Source of the DNA: Octopus sinensis
Lineage: Eukaryota
Assembly (NCBI RefSeq): GCF_006345805.1
Contig: NC_042997.1
Coordinates: forward strand, 207,142,001-207,206,000
Length of the DNA: 64,000 nt
Direction of reading: 5' to 3'
Shown: positions 48,100-62,712 of the stretch, piece by piece
Layout: every line of letters starts with the position of its first letter
Position numbering within the stretch: position 1 is the stretch's first letter
Program-made: the position numbers and the translations under genes
The notes under the pieces: model-generated
Seen by the model: the letters and a program-made list of their open reading frames with translations, nothing else
What the model was told of the DNA's origin: nothing
Database searches by the model: none

Positions 48100-49160
48100 A
48101 TCTATAAGTTTAAACATTTTCTCATCAACTGATTTTGTTAGTTCCTCAACAATCTCACTTTTAATATCATTTTAAGCCGTTTTTATTGCTACCCACAGTA
48201 AATCTTTGTTTGGATATTGTTTACCATTAGAATATGCATCTTTTTTAATAAATGAACACAAATTCTCTATCGGGTTTAAATCTGGAAATTGGTGGGTGGG
48301 TGGGCATTCCCTTATCTTATGCTCTTTGAAACCTTTCTTAGCTAAACAGTTAATTGTGAGTTTTGAAAAATGTGAAGGGGCATTATCATACATAAATATG
48401 CTCTTTTAACTTGAAACTTCATAATGTTGACTTGTGCCAATGGAAGAAATTGTCATCTAGAAACTTGCAAATAATTTTCAGCATTTATTTTGGCTCCATC
48501 AACAACCTTAAATGGACCTACAATGTCTCCTCCAAATATACCAGCCCAAAACATGATTCCTCCACCACCCTGCTGTCTTCTTAATCGTTTTTTTTTTCAT
48601 GTGACACCCAGCCTTTTGCCCATCCATTGTTATTGTTTGTTCCTTCTTAAGCCATACCTTACTGATAAGGGCCAGTTTCCTGGTTTCATTGGCATATAGG
48701 TTCCCCACCTGGATGGGATGCTGGTCCATCGTAGGTGAGCTGTTAGATGCAGGAGTAGACTGAAAGTTCAACATTATCTTCTGCTGGAGTCAGAAGGTGT
48801 TTCACTCATGAACAAACACATTGCTCGGTCTAAGATTTGAACCTGCGATCTCTTGACTGCAAGTTCGCTGCTATAACCACTAGGCCATATGCCTCAACTG
48901 CCCATCCATTAGGTCCATCTAATGTTGCTCTGCACTCGTCGGTAACAATTGCATTTGTAAAGTCTGCCTTCATATATCTTTTTGGCCACGTCACTCTTTC
49001 TTTTTTGTGTACTCTATTTAAAGGAGGCAACTTTGTGAAATTTATGACTTTGCCTATTTCTTTTAGTATTGCGCAACATCTTTTCTTTTGTATGTTAGAG
49101 ATTCCTGCTTCTCTAAAGATTTGCTTTTTGGTTAACCCACTTTTCTTACACATAATTCTT
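48100..49160 (-). mobile_element. Decayed Tc1-like DDE transposase gene
   Basis: Minus-strand fragments: IVTDECRATLDGPNGW; GGGIMFWAG..GPF; DNAPSH..PDLNPIENL. Interrupted by a SINE. Confidence 0.85.
48660..48895 (-). mobile_element. tRNA-derived SINE with a Meta-domain-like body
   Basis: Minus-strand head GGCATATGGCCTAGTGGTTA..GCAGGTTCAAATC; body GATGGACCAGCATCCCATCCAGG..GAAACCAGGAAACTGGCCC. Confidence 0.7.
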
Positions 49161-50354
49161 TCGAGTTTTCTCTTATCTCTATTTGTGATATTCTTGAAAT
49201 CTGTTTTATTCCTTATTCTTACTCTCTCAATGTTTTTTACCTGTTTTTTTTTTCATTTTTCTGTGATCTCTGATTAGCTTTTAGAAATTACAATTGTTGT
49301 ATCCCTTTCTCCCAGTATTTTCACTATTTCTTTCTTCTCCCTTGATGTTATATCTTTACTTTAAGGCTTTCCCAGATGAGTGACTGGTTATTCAAAGACA
49401 TTTATAGATTGTAAATTTATTCTGTCCAGTTACGTATCAGTATAGCGGTCATTTGCTAACTCCAGAGGTGACGCTTTCATTTCTCCTTAGCCCTCACGTC
49501 ACACAGTTGTTAATGTTTATTTCAGTTGGGCCATGCCCTTCCAATTGCTATAGATCCGTAATGCATCTTACAGCTGTGCCTGTCACCAGGATGGTGAGGA
49601 ATCCTACATTGGGAGTAGTAATTACTAGGGTACGGTAGCTGACTGCTTATTGTGATCATTCGTCTTTTGATTTCCTGTAGCTTTGCTCTCTTTTACAAAC
49701 CCAGTGAACATATATTTCCTATTTCAAAGAAATTCAAACAATAGATATAAGACCCAAGTTAAAAAGATTCTCAACAATTCAAATTCTCTGGTTGACACTA
49801 AGACACCCACCCCCAACAGGGGCCTTAACTCTCACATTTTAGAGCTTCATGACCTTCATTTTTCAGGAGCAAAATCCTTCTGACAGGTTCAATAAGACTG
49901 GAATTTTGGAATCTGTGCATAAAAATCAGTAGTATGGGATACATGTGTTATGATTACAATTTTTTTAGGGTGTGTAAAGAGGGAAATAACCCTCATCTGC
50001 AATTTTGATGAAATTTGAAACATAGATATTCCAGTTCATTGCAGAAATTATAACAGAAAAGTCTAATTCTTCAATTGCATGTAACAGAAGCAACGCTGGG
50101 TATCTCTGCTAGTATGATATAAATTTCATATATATATACATATACATATATATATATATATATACTGTTGTGTCTAGGGATAGTCATTCTCTTTTAGTGC
50201 CTTATAATTTAACACCCTCACCAGTAAAATCTCCACTTCTTTTAACTTTTCTAAAATTTTTGTTGTGTCCTGCAACCTTTTCAACAATTTTGACTTGCAT
50301 AAAGAATCTTGCAAATCAAATCCAAAAATGAAATACATATTTATATATATTGCT

Positions 50355-50650
50355 TTTTCCATGGGTATGAGTAAGTATTTCACTTATATCTCACGTATTT
50401 ATCGCTGAAGAGGGGAAAATTCTTATGAATTAACCCCGAAATTGGGACCAATACTGTAATAACAGATTTTTAGAAATTTCTATCAGTTTGTTTCGAGATG
50501 CATAAATTATAATGGTTATAGACAATTTTTGTCTTTTTTTCGGCATATTTGGCAATAGAATTTTTCTTTTGCCCTTATCTTGTAAATTATTTATAAATTT
50601 AACCTTTAAAGGTATTTTTTGATATGCTGGCCATTGATAAAAATTTTTTT
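50355..50650 (+). repeat. Third, older copy of the hammerhead-bearing repeat
   Basis: Homologous to 29110-29410. CTGAAGA at 50405-50411, stem II GGGG..AATTC/GAATT..CCCC, GAAA at 50438-50441; the cleavage region is decayed. Confidence 0.75.
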
Positions 50651-51129
50651 CCTAGTTATTTATATATATCTATATATATATATATATATATTATATCTTT
50701 ATGTGTATATGAATATGTCTATTTCATTACCATGTCATCATGTAAATATATTGCTCTATAGTTTCGTCTTCCTTGTTGTTGCCTTAAGATAACCTTAGTT
50801 CACGCATTTCCTTAACCGCAACATATTCATTCATTCATCTATTCAAGTTTATCACACAGTCACTTATTTCTCTAATTTTGTCTTAGACTGGCTCTCAGAT
50901 TCTTCAATTCTATTTAAATATTATCAACATTTGCTGTCTTGTTAAATTATGCTACACAAATCCCAAAAGAATGTTTTCTCCCTCGTGTCCTGACCCCTCC
51001 CTCTCTGTGCCTCACTCTGTCTCTCTCTCTCTCTCTCTCCTCTCTCTCTTCTCCTCTTCTCGATTACCACTAGCTTCGCCAAGACTTCCTCTACCACCAC
51101 TCGGATTCCCCTACTCGATTTTTAATACC

Positions 51130-54100
51130 TTGGCCAAAAGAATACATATCCAGAAGATGCTCTCATCCATGTTTGCTAGTTCACGGTGCACCCGCCCTTC
51201 CACCCCATCCACCTGTGCCGGAAGTCCCTATTTTTTGTCATCCTTTGGTTGCCTCCCATGAACACTTCTAAAGGCTTTATGTCATCTCCACCCCCTACTA
51301 TATAAGGTAGTGATCATATAGTGCAAAAATATGATAGTGTACAGAGGTGGAACTTAAGGCTATTGTTTGTTTATGAATTCTGCCAAATGTGAGCTCTCTT
51401 TTCAGGTACGTGACGCTACTGTCCCCCATCCCAGGGTCTCAAGGGCCCATATCTCCCATACCCTCAGGGTTGGCACTCTCAATGTTGGCAAACTGAAAGG
51501 TAGGTCTGGTGAGATTGTTGAGATGCTTGAATTGAGATGTGTTGATATGTGCTGCATCCAAGAAGTGAGGTGGAGAGGAGGTTCTGCTAGGTACCTCTCA
51601 GGCAAAGAACACAGGTACAAGATTTTCTGGGCAGGAAACACTGACGGGGTCGGGGGTGTGAGTATACTTCTTGCAGAGAAATGGGCTGATAAGGTAATCG
51701 AGGTAGTCAGAGTATGCAACAGAATACTTAAGATTAGATTAGTGCTTCATCATGGCTTAGTAAACATTATCTTGGCCTATGCCCCTCAACCAGGGCTACC
51801 TGATGAGCAGAAAGACCGATTTTATGAAACCCTCTTGCAGACAAACTAGCGAAATTGACTACATCCTCACCAGAAAAAGGGAAAGATGGCTGCTTATAAA
51901 TGCCAAAAACCTTCCCAGGCAAAGAATGTACTCCACAACATAGACTGGTAGTTAGTGACTTCAGGATCAGGGTTAAGTGGATGCCCAAAAGACGACCAGC
52001 ATGGAGAAGAAGGGTCTGGAAGCTTAAAGATCCTGTGAATGGACAGAGATTTAGAGACATATTACTTGAAGCCTTTGACGAAATAGAAGGGGATATAGCT
52101 TCACACGATGTAGAAGACAACTGGAGGTTTCTACAGGACAACCTGCTAAGAGCCACTGACCAGATCTGTGGATGGTACAAAGTCCCCTCCCGACCCAAAA
52201 TAACGTGGTGGTGGAACAATGTTGTTGACAGGACCATCAAGGAAAAGAAACAGGCATGGAAGGACTGGTAGAACGGTGGTAGCAGGGAATTGTATCAGAC
52301 TGCCAGAAGGGAAGCTAGGAGACAGGTTTATTTAGTCAGAAGGGAAGCAGATAAGAAAAAATTTGCCAGTGTTCTGTGCCGTGAGGACCAAAGACTTGAG
52401 GTATTTCCTGTTGCAAGACAGTGTGTGAGAATCCTGATGTTGTAGGAGAGAAATGTGTTCACATGGATGATGGTTCACTTGCACTAAATGAGGCTGCAAA
52501 GAGAGAGGTTTGGAGATGCTACTATGAAAGGTTACTCAATAAAGAAAATGAATCGGAGAAGAAAGTCTGCCGAATGTCGACCCAACAGAGGGATCTTGGT
52601 AGATAAAGCAGTATGCAGACAGGGAAAGCCCCCAGCCCATCAGGAATCACTGTAGAGATGCTCAAAATATCTGGCAGTGTCGGCTATAGCCTAGTCACCC
52701 GTATAGTTAACCAGGTGATACACGAAGGAGTCATTCCCAATGACTGGTGTAGCAGCACCATAGTCAACTGCTACTAAGGTAAAGGTGATGCCTTAGATAG
52801 AAATAATTACAGAAGTATCAAGCTGTTGGATCAGGTAATGAAGATCACGGAGAGGGTCATAGCCCGACTAATTAGGGAGAGAGTCAGTCTGGATAAGATG
52901 CAGTTTGGTTTCGTGCCAGGCAGAAGCACCACTGATGCTATATTTCTGGTAAGACAGCTGCAGGAGAAATAGCTAGCCAAAGATAAACCTCTGTACCTGG
53001 CTTTTGTTGACATGGAGAAAGCCTTTGACAGGGTGCCCCAATCCCTTATCTGGTGGTCAATGAGAAAACTAGGAATAGATGAATGGTGAGAGCTGTGCAA
53101 GCCATGTACAGGGATACTGTCAGTAAGGTGAGGGTTGGCAACAAGTACACTGAAGAATTCCAGGTAGAGGTAGGGGTCCACCAAGGTTCAGTCCTCAGCC
53201 CCCTCCTATTTATCATAGTCCTCCAGGTAATAACAGAGGAATTCAAGACAGGATGCCCCTGGGAGCTCCTCTATGTTGATGACCTTACTCTAATTGCTGA
53301 GTCACTATCAGAACTAGAGGAGAAGTTTCAGGTATGGAAACAAGGAATTAGAATTGAAGGGCCTTAGAATCAACCTAGCAAAAACTAAAATCTTAATAAG
53401 TAGGAAGGCAGACAAACCACTAATCCCTTCAGGTAGATGGCTCTGCTCAATCTGTAGAAAAGGCATAGGTAGAAACTCTATATGGTGTACCCAGTGTAAG
53501 CTATGGACACAAAAGAGGTGCAGTAATATCAAAGGAAGACTAACTGGGAAGATAGTTTTTGTATGTGGCAGATGCTCAGGAACAATAAACACTGAAAATG
53601 TGCAGAGACCAACTTCTACCACGTTCCAAGGAGAAAATACTAGAAGTAGTTGATAGCTTCCATTACCTAGGTGACCAAGTCAGTAGCAGGGGCGGGTGTG
53701 CTGAAAGCGTAGCTGCTAGAATAAGAATAGCTTGGGCGAAGTTCAGAGAGCTCTTACCTCTGCTGGTGACAAAGGGCCTTTCGCTCAGAGTAAAAGGTAG
53801 ACTGTATGACGCATGTGTACGAATAGCCATGCTACATGGCAGTGAAACATGGGCTGTGACTGCTGAGGACATGCGTAAACTCGCAAGAAATGAAGCCTGT
53901 ATGTGCCGATGGATGTGTAATGTCAGTGTTCATACTCAACAGAGTGTAAGTACCTTGAGTGAAAAGTTGGACCTAAGAAGCATCGGATGTGGTGTGCAAG
54001 AGAGACGTTTGCGCTGGTATGGTCATGTGACGAGAATGGATTGATGATAGTGGTGTGAAAAAGTGCCACACCCTAGCGGTTGAGGGAACCTGTGGAAGAG

Positions 54101-54762
54101 GTAGACCCAGGAAGACCTGGGATGAGGTGGTGAAGCATGACCTTCGAACATTGGGCCTCACTGAGGCAATGACTAGTGACCGAGACCATTGGAAATATGC
54201 TGTGCTTGAGAAGATTTGGCAAGTGCAAGTGAGACCATAACCTTGTGGCCTATGCCAGTGGGTGTAACCAGCCCACTTATGCGTACCTTTCCTTCCTTGG
54301 ACACTAAACTCTGCTTGTGGAGACCTGTTGAGGCAAGTGAAATCAAAATCAAATTCGATGACTGGCACCTGTGCCAGTGGAGCACTAAGAGCACCATCCA
54401 AGCATGATTGTTGCCAGAGCAGTAAACTGGCTTCTGTGCTGGTGGCATGTATAAAGCACTATTCGAGCATGATCGTTACCATTGTCTCCTTACTGGCACT
54501 TGTGCCAGTGGCACATAATAAAACATTCGAGCCATGTTGTTGCCAGTGCCACTGGACTGGCTCCTGTGCAGGTGCACATAAAAGCACCCACTACACTCAC
54601 GGAGTGGTTGGCGTTAGGAAGGGCATCCAGCTGTAGAAACTCTGCTAGATCAGATTGGAGCCTGGTGCAGCCATCTGGTTTGCCAGCCCTCGGTCAAATC
54701 GTCAAACCCATGCCAGCATGGAAAACACGTTAAACGCAGATGATGATGATGATGATGATGAT
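51130..54762 (+). mobile_element. RTE-clade LINE, near full-length but decayed (5'UTR through (GAT)n tail)
   Basis: APE ORF at 51367-51849 and multiple RT fragments up to 54240. Diverged 3'UTR array at 54360-54590 and tail to 54762. An internal deletion lies near 51845. Confidence 0.93.
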
Positions 54763-56191
54763 GTATGTATATGTTAACACAATTGAAAGAATCGGTGGAT
54801 TTTTAAGGTGTCATCTACAATAAAGATTTGATTTTATTCATACACATATATATGCCATATTGAGAATACAGAAAGGAATAAGGTACTTAAGTGATATGCA
54901 CCAGGTTGGGTGAATTAAACTGTAAGCACCAGGTTTTGTTGGATAAATATACTTGGTACTGAAGTGCATTTACTAAAATATTCAGGTTGTGCACAAAGAG
55001 AATCTAACTCTCACAGTTATTTTACTGCTAGAGGCTGGTCCAAAGTGCATGTTGTATTGTTCAATGATATTTGGTGTATTTGATGTATCATGGATTCCTT
55101 TTTGGTGTATTGCAAGCAAATAAATAAATAACAGACAATGGATAAAAGTCACTTCATTACAGCTGTTTGTAAAGCATTTTTAATAGTTGAATGCGTACCT
55201 AACATCATAGTAAAGAACTGTATGGCCAAAAATGTTGTATACAGGTTTAATGTGATGACAGAGAAGAATACTTATCGTTACAAAGGCTGCTCTGTAAATC
55301 TGAGGCAGCGCTTACGCAACCTTTTATTATTCTTTAAACTAAGACATAGGGCAGGTTAAATATCATTAGCCAAGAAAATTTAGGAGCTTAAAGATGATAG
55401 CATTAGATTCTATTTAAAATGAGATATAATTAGGGTCACAAAAACATACTCTAACAGCAGATACGGTTGCAGTCTATGCTGTATGGATTTGTATGAAATA
55501 TTGAAGTGAATGAATAGTGAAAATTTTGTTTAATAATGAATGGGACCGTTGTCTTTCAAGTATCCATAAAGTAACTTGTACCTTTAAATATTTTCAAGTC
55601 ATCACATAACCTCTTTAGAGAACAGAGCAACACCCTTAGTTTCACTATCTTTCTCATATGTGGGCCTGAACAGGATCGCCTAGCAACGGTTTTGCATTTC
55701 CCTTTTCCACTAAGTTCAATCCCTAATTAATCTGATTACCCTGAATCTATTATTTGTGTTGTATGTGATAATGAAAGAATTTAGCAACTCTCTCTTTTTC
55801 TTTTTTCTTGTGGAATTCAACTGGATTTAACCTATATAATAATGATCTATACATTCTAATTAACAAATAATCCTCATAGAGTTCACTAATAGATAACTGC
55901 ATACCTGATAGCTTACTAAGAATCTTCTCTCTGTATTATGTTATATATATTAGATAAGTTTTTTTTTTCTTTGAGCACTCTAATAGGAATCATGTGTAAT
56001 ATGGTAATACTACTACTACTGCTACTACCCATTTTTACTTTACACATTATTCAATATGTTTCCATTTCAGATATACATATTTTCTTGTTACAAGCATGTT
56101 TATCTATAACATATAATGAATTTCTATTACTACCTATATTGTCCATTACCATGAAAAATCTATCGCACAAGATACTACCAATCTCTGATTA

Positions 56192-57901
56192 CACTGTAAA
56201 ACAATGGGAAAAAAATGGAAATGAGAATAACCTTCTCTTTCTGTGACCCACCAGCTTCTCATAACTTACCATCTTCCATATGCTAAATACACTAATGGTT
56301 CCATAGGAATTGAATGCAAATAGGATTGAGCTGAAATTGACTAGTCTAAAAGTTATGAACAGATTCTGATATAATTTTAATGGTGTGTTTCTAAGGTATT
56401 ACCAACATTTTAAAACTACATTCAATATTTTTATAGTTATATGGGTCCAAATCCTTAGTAAATCTAACTAGAAACCACACCCCATCATCTAACCTGAACT
56501 CAATGATATAGTTTGTGATCTAACACATCCTAAGCAACAAACATCTGCAATAATGGAACCTTTTGGATAAAGATGCTCAGATTACAGTATTTAAGAAGCA
56601 TTCTGTAGATCTAAAGCAATTCTTCACTTTGGAAAACATCTTGACTTATTGAAATGATATCAGAAATCTATTCAATGCCCTTCAGTTGACCTATGAACCA
56701 AATGAGTGGAGATTATTCATAAATGCATCCCTTTACAGCATAAAAGCAGTTCTGTTGCACATTGGAAGCACCATACCTCTAGTTCTAATTACTCAATCAG
56801 TCATTTTAAGAGAGACATATGATAACCTCGCTTTTATTCTAGACTGCATAAGCTGCAAGGGGCCTGAGTGGCTAATTTGTTCGGACATGAAAGTAGTAGC
56901 CCCTACTTAATGGGCTACAAACTGGATACACTGAGTTTATGTGCTTCCTTTGCAAGTGGGACAGTTGGGCCAGGTGAAAACCTTATGTATGCTCAGAATG
57001 GCTACCTCGGGAAACTATGACACCTGGATGCCATAATGTAAATCACGAGCCCCTAGTTAAGAATGAGAAAATCATTTTGTCACCACTTCATATAAAACTA
57101 GGCCTAATGAAGCAATTTACCAAAGCACTGCAACAAAGCAAGTCATGTTTCCAGCACCTCAAGACGGTCTTCCCTAAAATAAGTGATGCCAAGATTAAAG
57201 AGGGCATATTCCTAGGTCCTCAGATTTGTCAACTTATAGCTGATGAGGACTTTGAGGTGATAATGAATGAAACTGATCTAGCAGCCTGGCATGCATTTAC
57301 AGATGTATGCAAAGGACTTCTGAGAAAGCACCAAGTGGCCCAGCGAGAGAGTATAGTGGAAAGCCTAATCAAGTACTACCAAGATCCTAGATGCAGTATG
57401 TCACTGAACATAAATTTTCTTCATTCTCATCTGTCCTTCTTCCCTGAGAATGCAGGTGATGTGAGTGACAAACGTAAAAAGAAGTTTCATCAAGATATAG
57501 CATCAATGGAAAACAGGTACAAGGGAAAATGGAGCCCAGCTGTACTGGTTGATTCTGCTGGAGCCTGAAGCGTGATACACCTGAGATGTCTTATAAACGA
57601 TAAAGTAACTACTAAAATGTAGGTTGATACATTATATAATGCTAACAAAGATGCTGATTCATTAGATATTTATGAATTAATTACAATGGACATATTTAAT
57701 ATGACTTTGGGAGCAAAATAAATTTACTGTATCATGGAAATTGGTATACATTGATTAGTTATTAAGCTGGTAATTTACAAGAAAATGTGATGTGCTGGGA
57801 AATATTTGTTATAAACTTCAAATTTAGCACTATCAACTCCATAATAAAATATTCATGAAAACTATGGTTTTTTTCTTGACCCTGAAATTTGTTGTACAGT
57901 G
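56192..57901 (+). mobile_element. Chapaev3-like (CMC group) DNA transposon remnant with TIRs
   Basis: Ends CACTGTAAAACAA and TTGTTGTACAGTG. Peptides: EPNEWRLFI..KAVLLH, PLHIKLGLMKQF, AKIKEGIF.GPQI, HFLHSHL..FP.N.G.VSD..FHQDI..ME.RY. The family name is from recollection of these motifs and was not searched. Confidence 0.65.
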
Positions 57902-58676
57902 AATTAGACTTAATTATTATTAAGTCTAATTAAGCCAAATAATTATCTGAGTTCTTATAAACCCTCTCCTACCAAACCTGAATTCAGAAGGAAGTATCTT
58001 CCTCCTATTTAATCTCAATTTTAAACAAGTGTATATTACACTCATATCTAATACCTAATTGCCTTTATTTACTTTTCCTTGGGTTCAATTCTTGCTATTC
58101 ACATTTCAATTCCTAGCGTAATAAGACGAATAACATAAAGATGCATACATCATTATCTATACATCATCTTTAGGCTTTGATAAAGAACCAGTCTAACTGA
58201 CATCCCCCACACCTGCAGGGCTCACTAACTATTATGAAGGCTATAAACCTCATCTTACCTCTATCCTCTAACTAAACTCATAATGGACTTGTACCCTTTT
58301 AACAGTCTTTATTGCCTGTATTTGTTTCCCCTCGTTCAAGGCCAGCTTTGGCAGGTGACTAGATGTGTTCCCACTACATCAAGAATTGTTCTTCCATTAT
58401 TTTGAAATTATATATATCATTTGTGGAAAACGATTTTGTACTATAATGTAATGTACTCATTCATCTATTAAAAATGCCTTTGAAACAGCTGTAATGAACT
58501 GACATTAGTTCATCATCTCTTATTTATTTATTTATCTGCTTATGTTTGTGCGCGCTCACACACACTACATACAAATACACACACACACATATGTAAGAAA
58601 AGACGGAAGTGAAAAATCCTGGCAGATATTAGTTAAGCACTCAGTATAAACGAATAAGGTTAATTTCCAACAAGTA

Positions 58677-59330
58677 TTAGGTTGTCAAGAAAGTTCTTTA
58701 AATTCAGATGCACATATCTCGGCTCAAGCAAAACTCTTTTAATCGAAATAAACACCATCAGAATCAACACACTTTTGCCAAAGTAGCATAAAAATCATGC
58801 ATTCTGGTGGCGATGAAGTCGTCAAAGTTGTGTTTGACATCGTCTTGGTTTTAGAACTATTTCTCACACAGAAAGTTGTCGAGATGCTCGAAAAAGCAGG
58901 TGAGAGGTCTGATGAGTATGGCAGATGAGGCAGAGTTTTGTAGCCCAATTCGTTCAACTTCCACTGGATCAGTTGTACAACGTGTGGCAGAGCGTTGTCG
59001 TGGAGAAGTATTGGTCCTTTTCTATTGACCAATTAGTGGTTCCTGGGCCAAATGCCTAGTTGATATTGCGAGCTGTTCCAGCAGCTTTTCAGCCTAGCTT
59101 GAACTGGAATAATAAAATTGTGTGAATTTGCTTTTTGTCCATGTTGTATTCAATATTCCGGAAAAATAGCCTAATTATTCAACGAGAAAAATAGTACCAC
59201 AATTAGATAGAGCGAAAAACGGGCTTTGAAAGGATATATAAAGTCAAAGTAATTCAATGAAAATTAATTTGAAAATACATCATTTAATCCCAAAATTAAA
59301 AATTCCACTAGAACTTACTTGACAACCTAA
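58677..59330 (-). mobile_element. Internally deleted mariner element with TIRs and TA target duplication
   Basis: TA|TTAGGTTGTCAAGAAAGTT ... AACTTACTTGACAACCTAA|TA. Encodes GPILLHDNALPH..LGYKTLPHLPYSSDLSP. Confidence 0.9.
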
Positions 59331-60639
59331 TACATTCTAGTTAATGTCTTTAGAATACAAATTCCAGGTAAATCCTCATATTTGACAGGTAAATCGAACA
59401 ATCCTTTTATAGCATCTTAAGAAATTCAGAGTTTTAACAACAAATAATATGTATTAAGAAAATTGTATCATAATTTTAGATGACACCTTAAAAATCCAAC
59501 AATTGTTTCTATTACATTAACCTATACAACTTACCAATATCTATAAATGTACAGCTCGACGGTGGTTCAAGAAAAGTTGTTTGATTTCTTGGTTATTTGT
59601 CCCATTTTGGGATGGGAACGGTTTAAGGGGTGGTAGATGGGGTTGGATTGGCGCCAAAATTTACACTGGGGGTAAAATGGGGTGGGAAATAGTGTGAGGG
59701 GTGTTGCAAGTCGCTCGGGGCTACCGTTTGGTTGTCATGGTGAGAAATATGGAAAAAATTAAGTTTTATGGGATAGACAGTTTGCGCTGTTTGAATAATG
59801 GTGGCTTTTCGTGTTGCCGCAGGGGCGAGAGGCGGTTATCTTTAATTGTGGGTGTAAAAATTTGGGGGATTTTGGAAATTGGGGTAAAGAAGAGGGCAAT
59901 AAAAAGAACCAAGCAAAGAAGACGAACAAAAGAAGAAAGGGAAAAGGAAACAACACACACAAAACAACACCACCACCAAAACCCGGGCGAAGCACAACTC
60001 AAAATAGCTAGTCTATCCTTATAAATAGCAAAGTTTGTTACTTTCTTTCTTTGTCCATCGACCACTGAAATCACTAAATAAAATTGATAATATTTCAGGA
60101 TTTTCATGTCATTTCACATAATTTTACCATTCCACACATAACTATGCATTTCTTTTCCAAAAGCATAATGGTCTACTCAAGTCTATTTTACCACAATGCT
60201 TTATATAAATAGGGTATACCAACATAAGAGTACCCCCACCAAATTTGTTTCTTTGTAATTTTAGGGAAAATAGATATTTATGCATAAAATTTTTCACAAA
60301 TCTGCTTCCAGTGGTGTAAATTCCAACTATATTAGAAGTTGCTGTATTTCATATGAAAATTTGCTCCCATCTGATCTGAATCATTTGAATTTTCCAAAAA
60401 TGCTCTAACAACTTGTGGAAAATGTCTTTCAGAACAAATTCCAATATAATTGGAATCTAAATTATCTAAAACGTTTTTGTATAAAATTTCATGAAAAATA
60501 TCCATGCTGATTCAGATTTGACACCACCCACAAAACTTGCTCTGCGGATCTCAGTAAATTGTCCCATGGGAACTTCCCTGTATCTTCTGTGTTACACGTC
60601 TGTAACTCCTCCTCCTTCTCAATAATGCTTCAGGGAAAA

Positions 60640-61430
60640 TGCATAGACAACTGATATGGCATGCCTGATGGGAAACGTTGCTGAACCCTTCCTCCCAGAT
60701 GCTGAATGTCATTCTCTTCTCCCTCTTACCCCCTGCCCAACCCTCCTGAACTCCTTACAATTGTTAAGCGTCCGGATCCTTCATTTCCAGTTGTCTCGTA
60801 AACTAAGAACTTTTAGCGTCCTCTATGTACATGTCTCTATCTCTTCCTGGTTCATGTTAAAAGTTTCAATTAGGACATCTCTAAATATCAAATCATTCAA
60901 AGTTGTTGAGACGATCTGCCAAAGAATATCATAAAAGCAATCCTTCTGTTCATTTGGCAGACCAATTTGAATAGCAGAGGCAGAAATAATTGTTGCCGTA
61001 CAACTCTGCAAAAATTACTCTGAGCTCAAGTACCCAAACACACCAGCTGACTACCTCAGCTACATTATCCACCCATATTCCCAGCTAGAAGTATGACTAC
61101 TCCACCTACCCCATCGCTGTTGCTTTCCCAGAAGATTTTATAGATATGTATTTTGCCTGTGAGGTACATGGACGAAGCTCCTCTCCACCTTACTTCTTGA
61201 AGGCAGCACACATCAACGCACCTCCATTCAGACCTAGCTTTCAATGTGTCTACATTGACAGAATCAACAGTAAAGAAGTTAAATTGGAGGTAAGGGAGAA
61301 GGAAAATGACATTCAGCATCTGGGAGGAAGGGTTCAGCAAGCATTTCCCATCAGGTATGCCATACCAGTTATCTTTGCCGTTTATCTACCATTATTCATT
61401 CATCTTATACTTGCTGCATCTGCCTGAAGT
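60640..61430 (-). mobile_element. Decayed RTE-family APE fragment
   Basis: VNVDTLKARS..VDVCCLQEVRWRG..GVGGVVILLA; GLPNEQKDCFYD. Confidence 0.8.
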
Positions 61431-62712
61431 GAGTGCTATACAGGCATTGTTAATACAATAATGAACATATGAAAAAAACTAATCAGTTAATCAATTAACA
61501 GACTGATATGTTCTTTTCAATTGCATTTTGGTGCAAAGTATAGAAAGTACGACATTTGTGTTGCAGTGATATGGATGAGAGGCAACTATGAAGGGAAGGA
61601 AGTGGGGAGGGCAGAAGAAGGATTGTTGGAAGGGGTTCCAGTACAGAAGAGATGTAGGTAATGAGAGCATGAGCGGATGGGCACATCATGAGTAAGGAAA
61701 AGATGAAATGATGGGATTTGCACATTTCACCAGCTGATGAAGTAATGGAGATAGAGGAGAGGTGAGATATATTTACAATAACAGAGATATATATTTACAT
61801 TGACGTTAATAATTAAATGAGGAATGAGGCATTAGGAGAGAAACTTTGATGATGGTGGATTAAATTAAATAAATTAAAGATGGGTTTGTTTCAACATGAT
61901 ACAAACACAAGCAGGAGATGAATAGAATAATGCAAAAATTAAAGCAAAAAAAAACAAATCATAGTATTTTATCTCTCATATCTTTTCATTGTGCATAGAA
62001 GTGTGTAATAGTCAGAGTTGTTATTTGAAATGTCTTGTGTTGATATACAGCATCTGTACATACAGACTACTGTAAACATCTATAGACTATATTGGTACAT
62101 ATAGACTAATGTAAGTACGTTGTTTGTATACAACTATATTCTGTATGTATAGTAAGCAGCTTGTATATAAACTGAGCGTCATATATACATATTCTATATA
62201 CAATATGTGTTGGGGACAGAAAAAGATTGTTTGGCTGGACCCGTTCCTTTTCTTCTTTCTCCAGTGTTGGGTACACATCTGCAGATATACTCTGTAGGAC
62301 AGTATATATAACATTGAAGTAAAGCACTGTTGACATACCAGTAATTCACTGGGATTTACTCAAAGCCAGTCTGTTTCAACAGAAATGTTCTTCCTTTGTT
62401 TTAAACAGTTTTGAAAATAATGAAGACTAAAGCTGATGCTTGGACATAACATGGAGTCTGGAAAGCAATTACAATTCCATGAATAATGTTTTCTTATTCT
62501 TTAAGTAACAATTCCTCCCCAAACTACAGAATATTCGAAAGCCTGTCCATCGTAAGACAGGGTTTTATAATACAATGAATAGAAATGTAAATTTAAAACA
62601 ACATTCACGGTAGAAGCAATGAATAAAAGCATTGCATTGAAATTAACAGAAATTAATTATGAAATTATGTTTTTCATTGAGTGATGATAAATTATTTGTT
62701 TACTTCTAACAG

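Noticed and set aside
48833-48895. Possible tRNA gene
   Set aside because: It has A and B boxes but no complete cloverleaf, and it continues into a SINE body. The same applies to 20122-20197 and 40080-40130.
51130-51366. HDV-like ribozyme expected in an RTE 5'UTR
   Set aside because: I could not trace the nested double pseudoknot by eye in either 5'UTR copy (50-230, 51130-51366). A descriptor search on a consensus would be needed.
58677-59330. Mariner fragment as a domesticated SETMAR-like gene
   Set aside because: It retains TIRs and a TA duplication, is internally deleted and frameshifted, and has no SET exon or splice signals.
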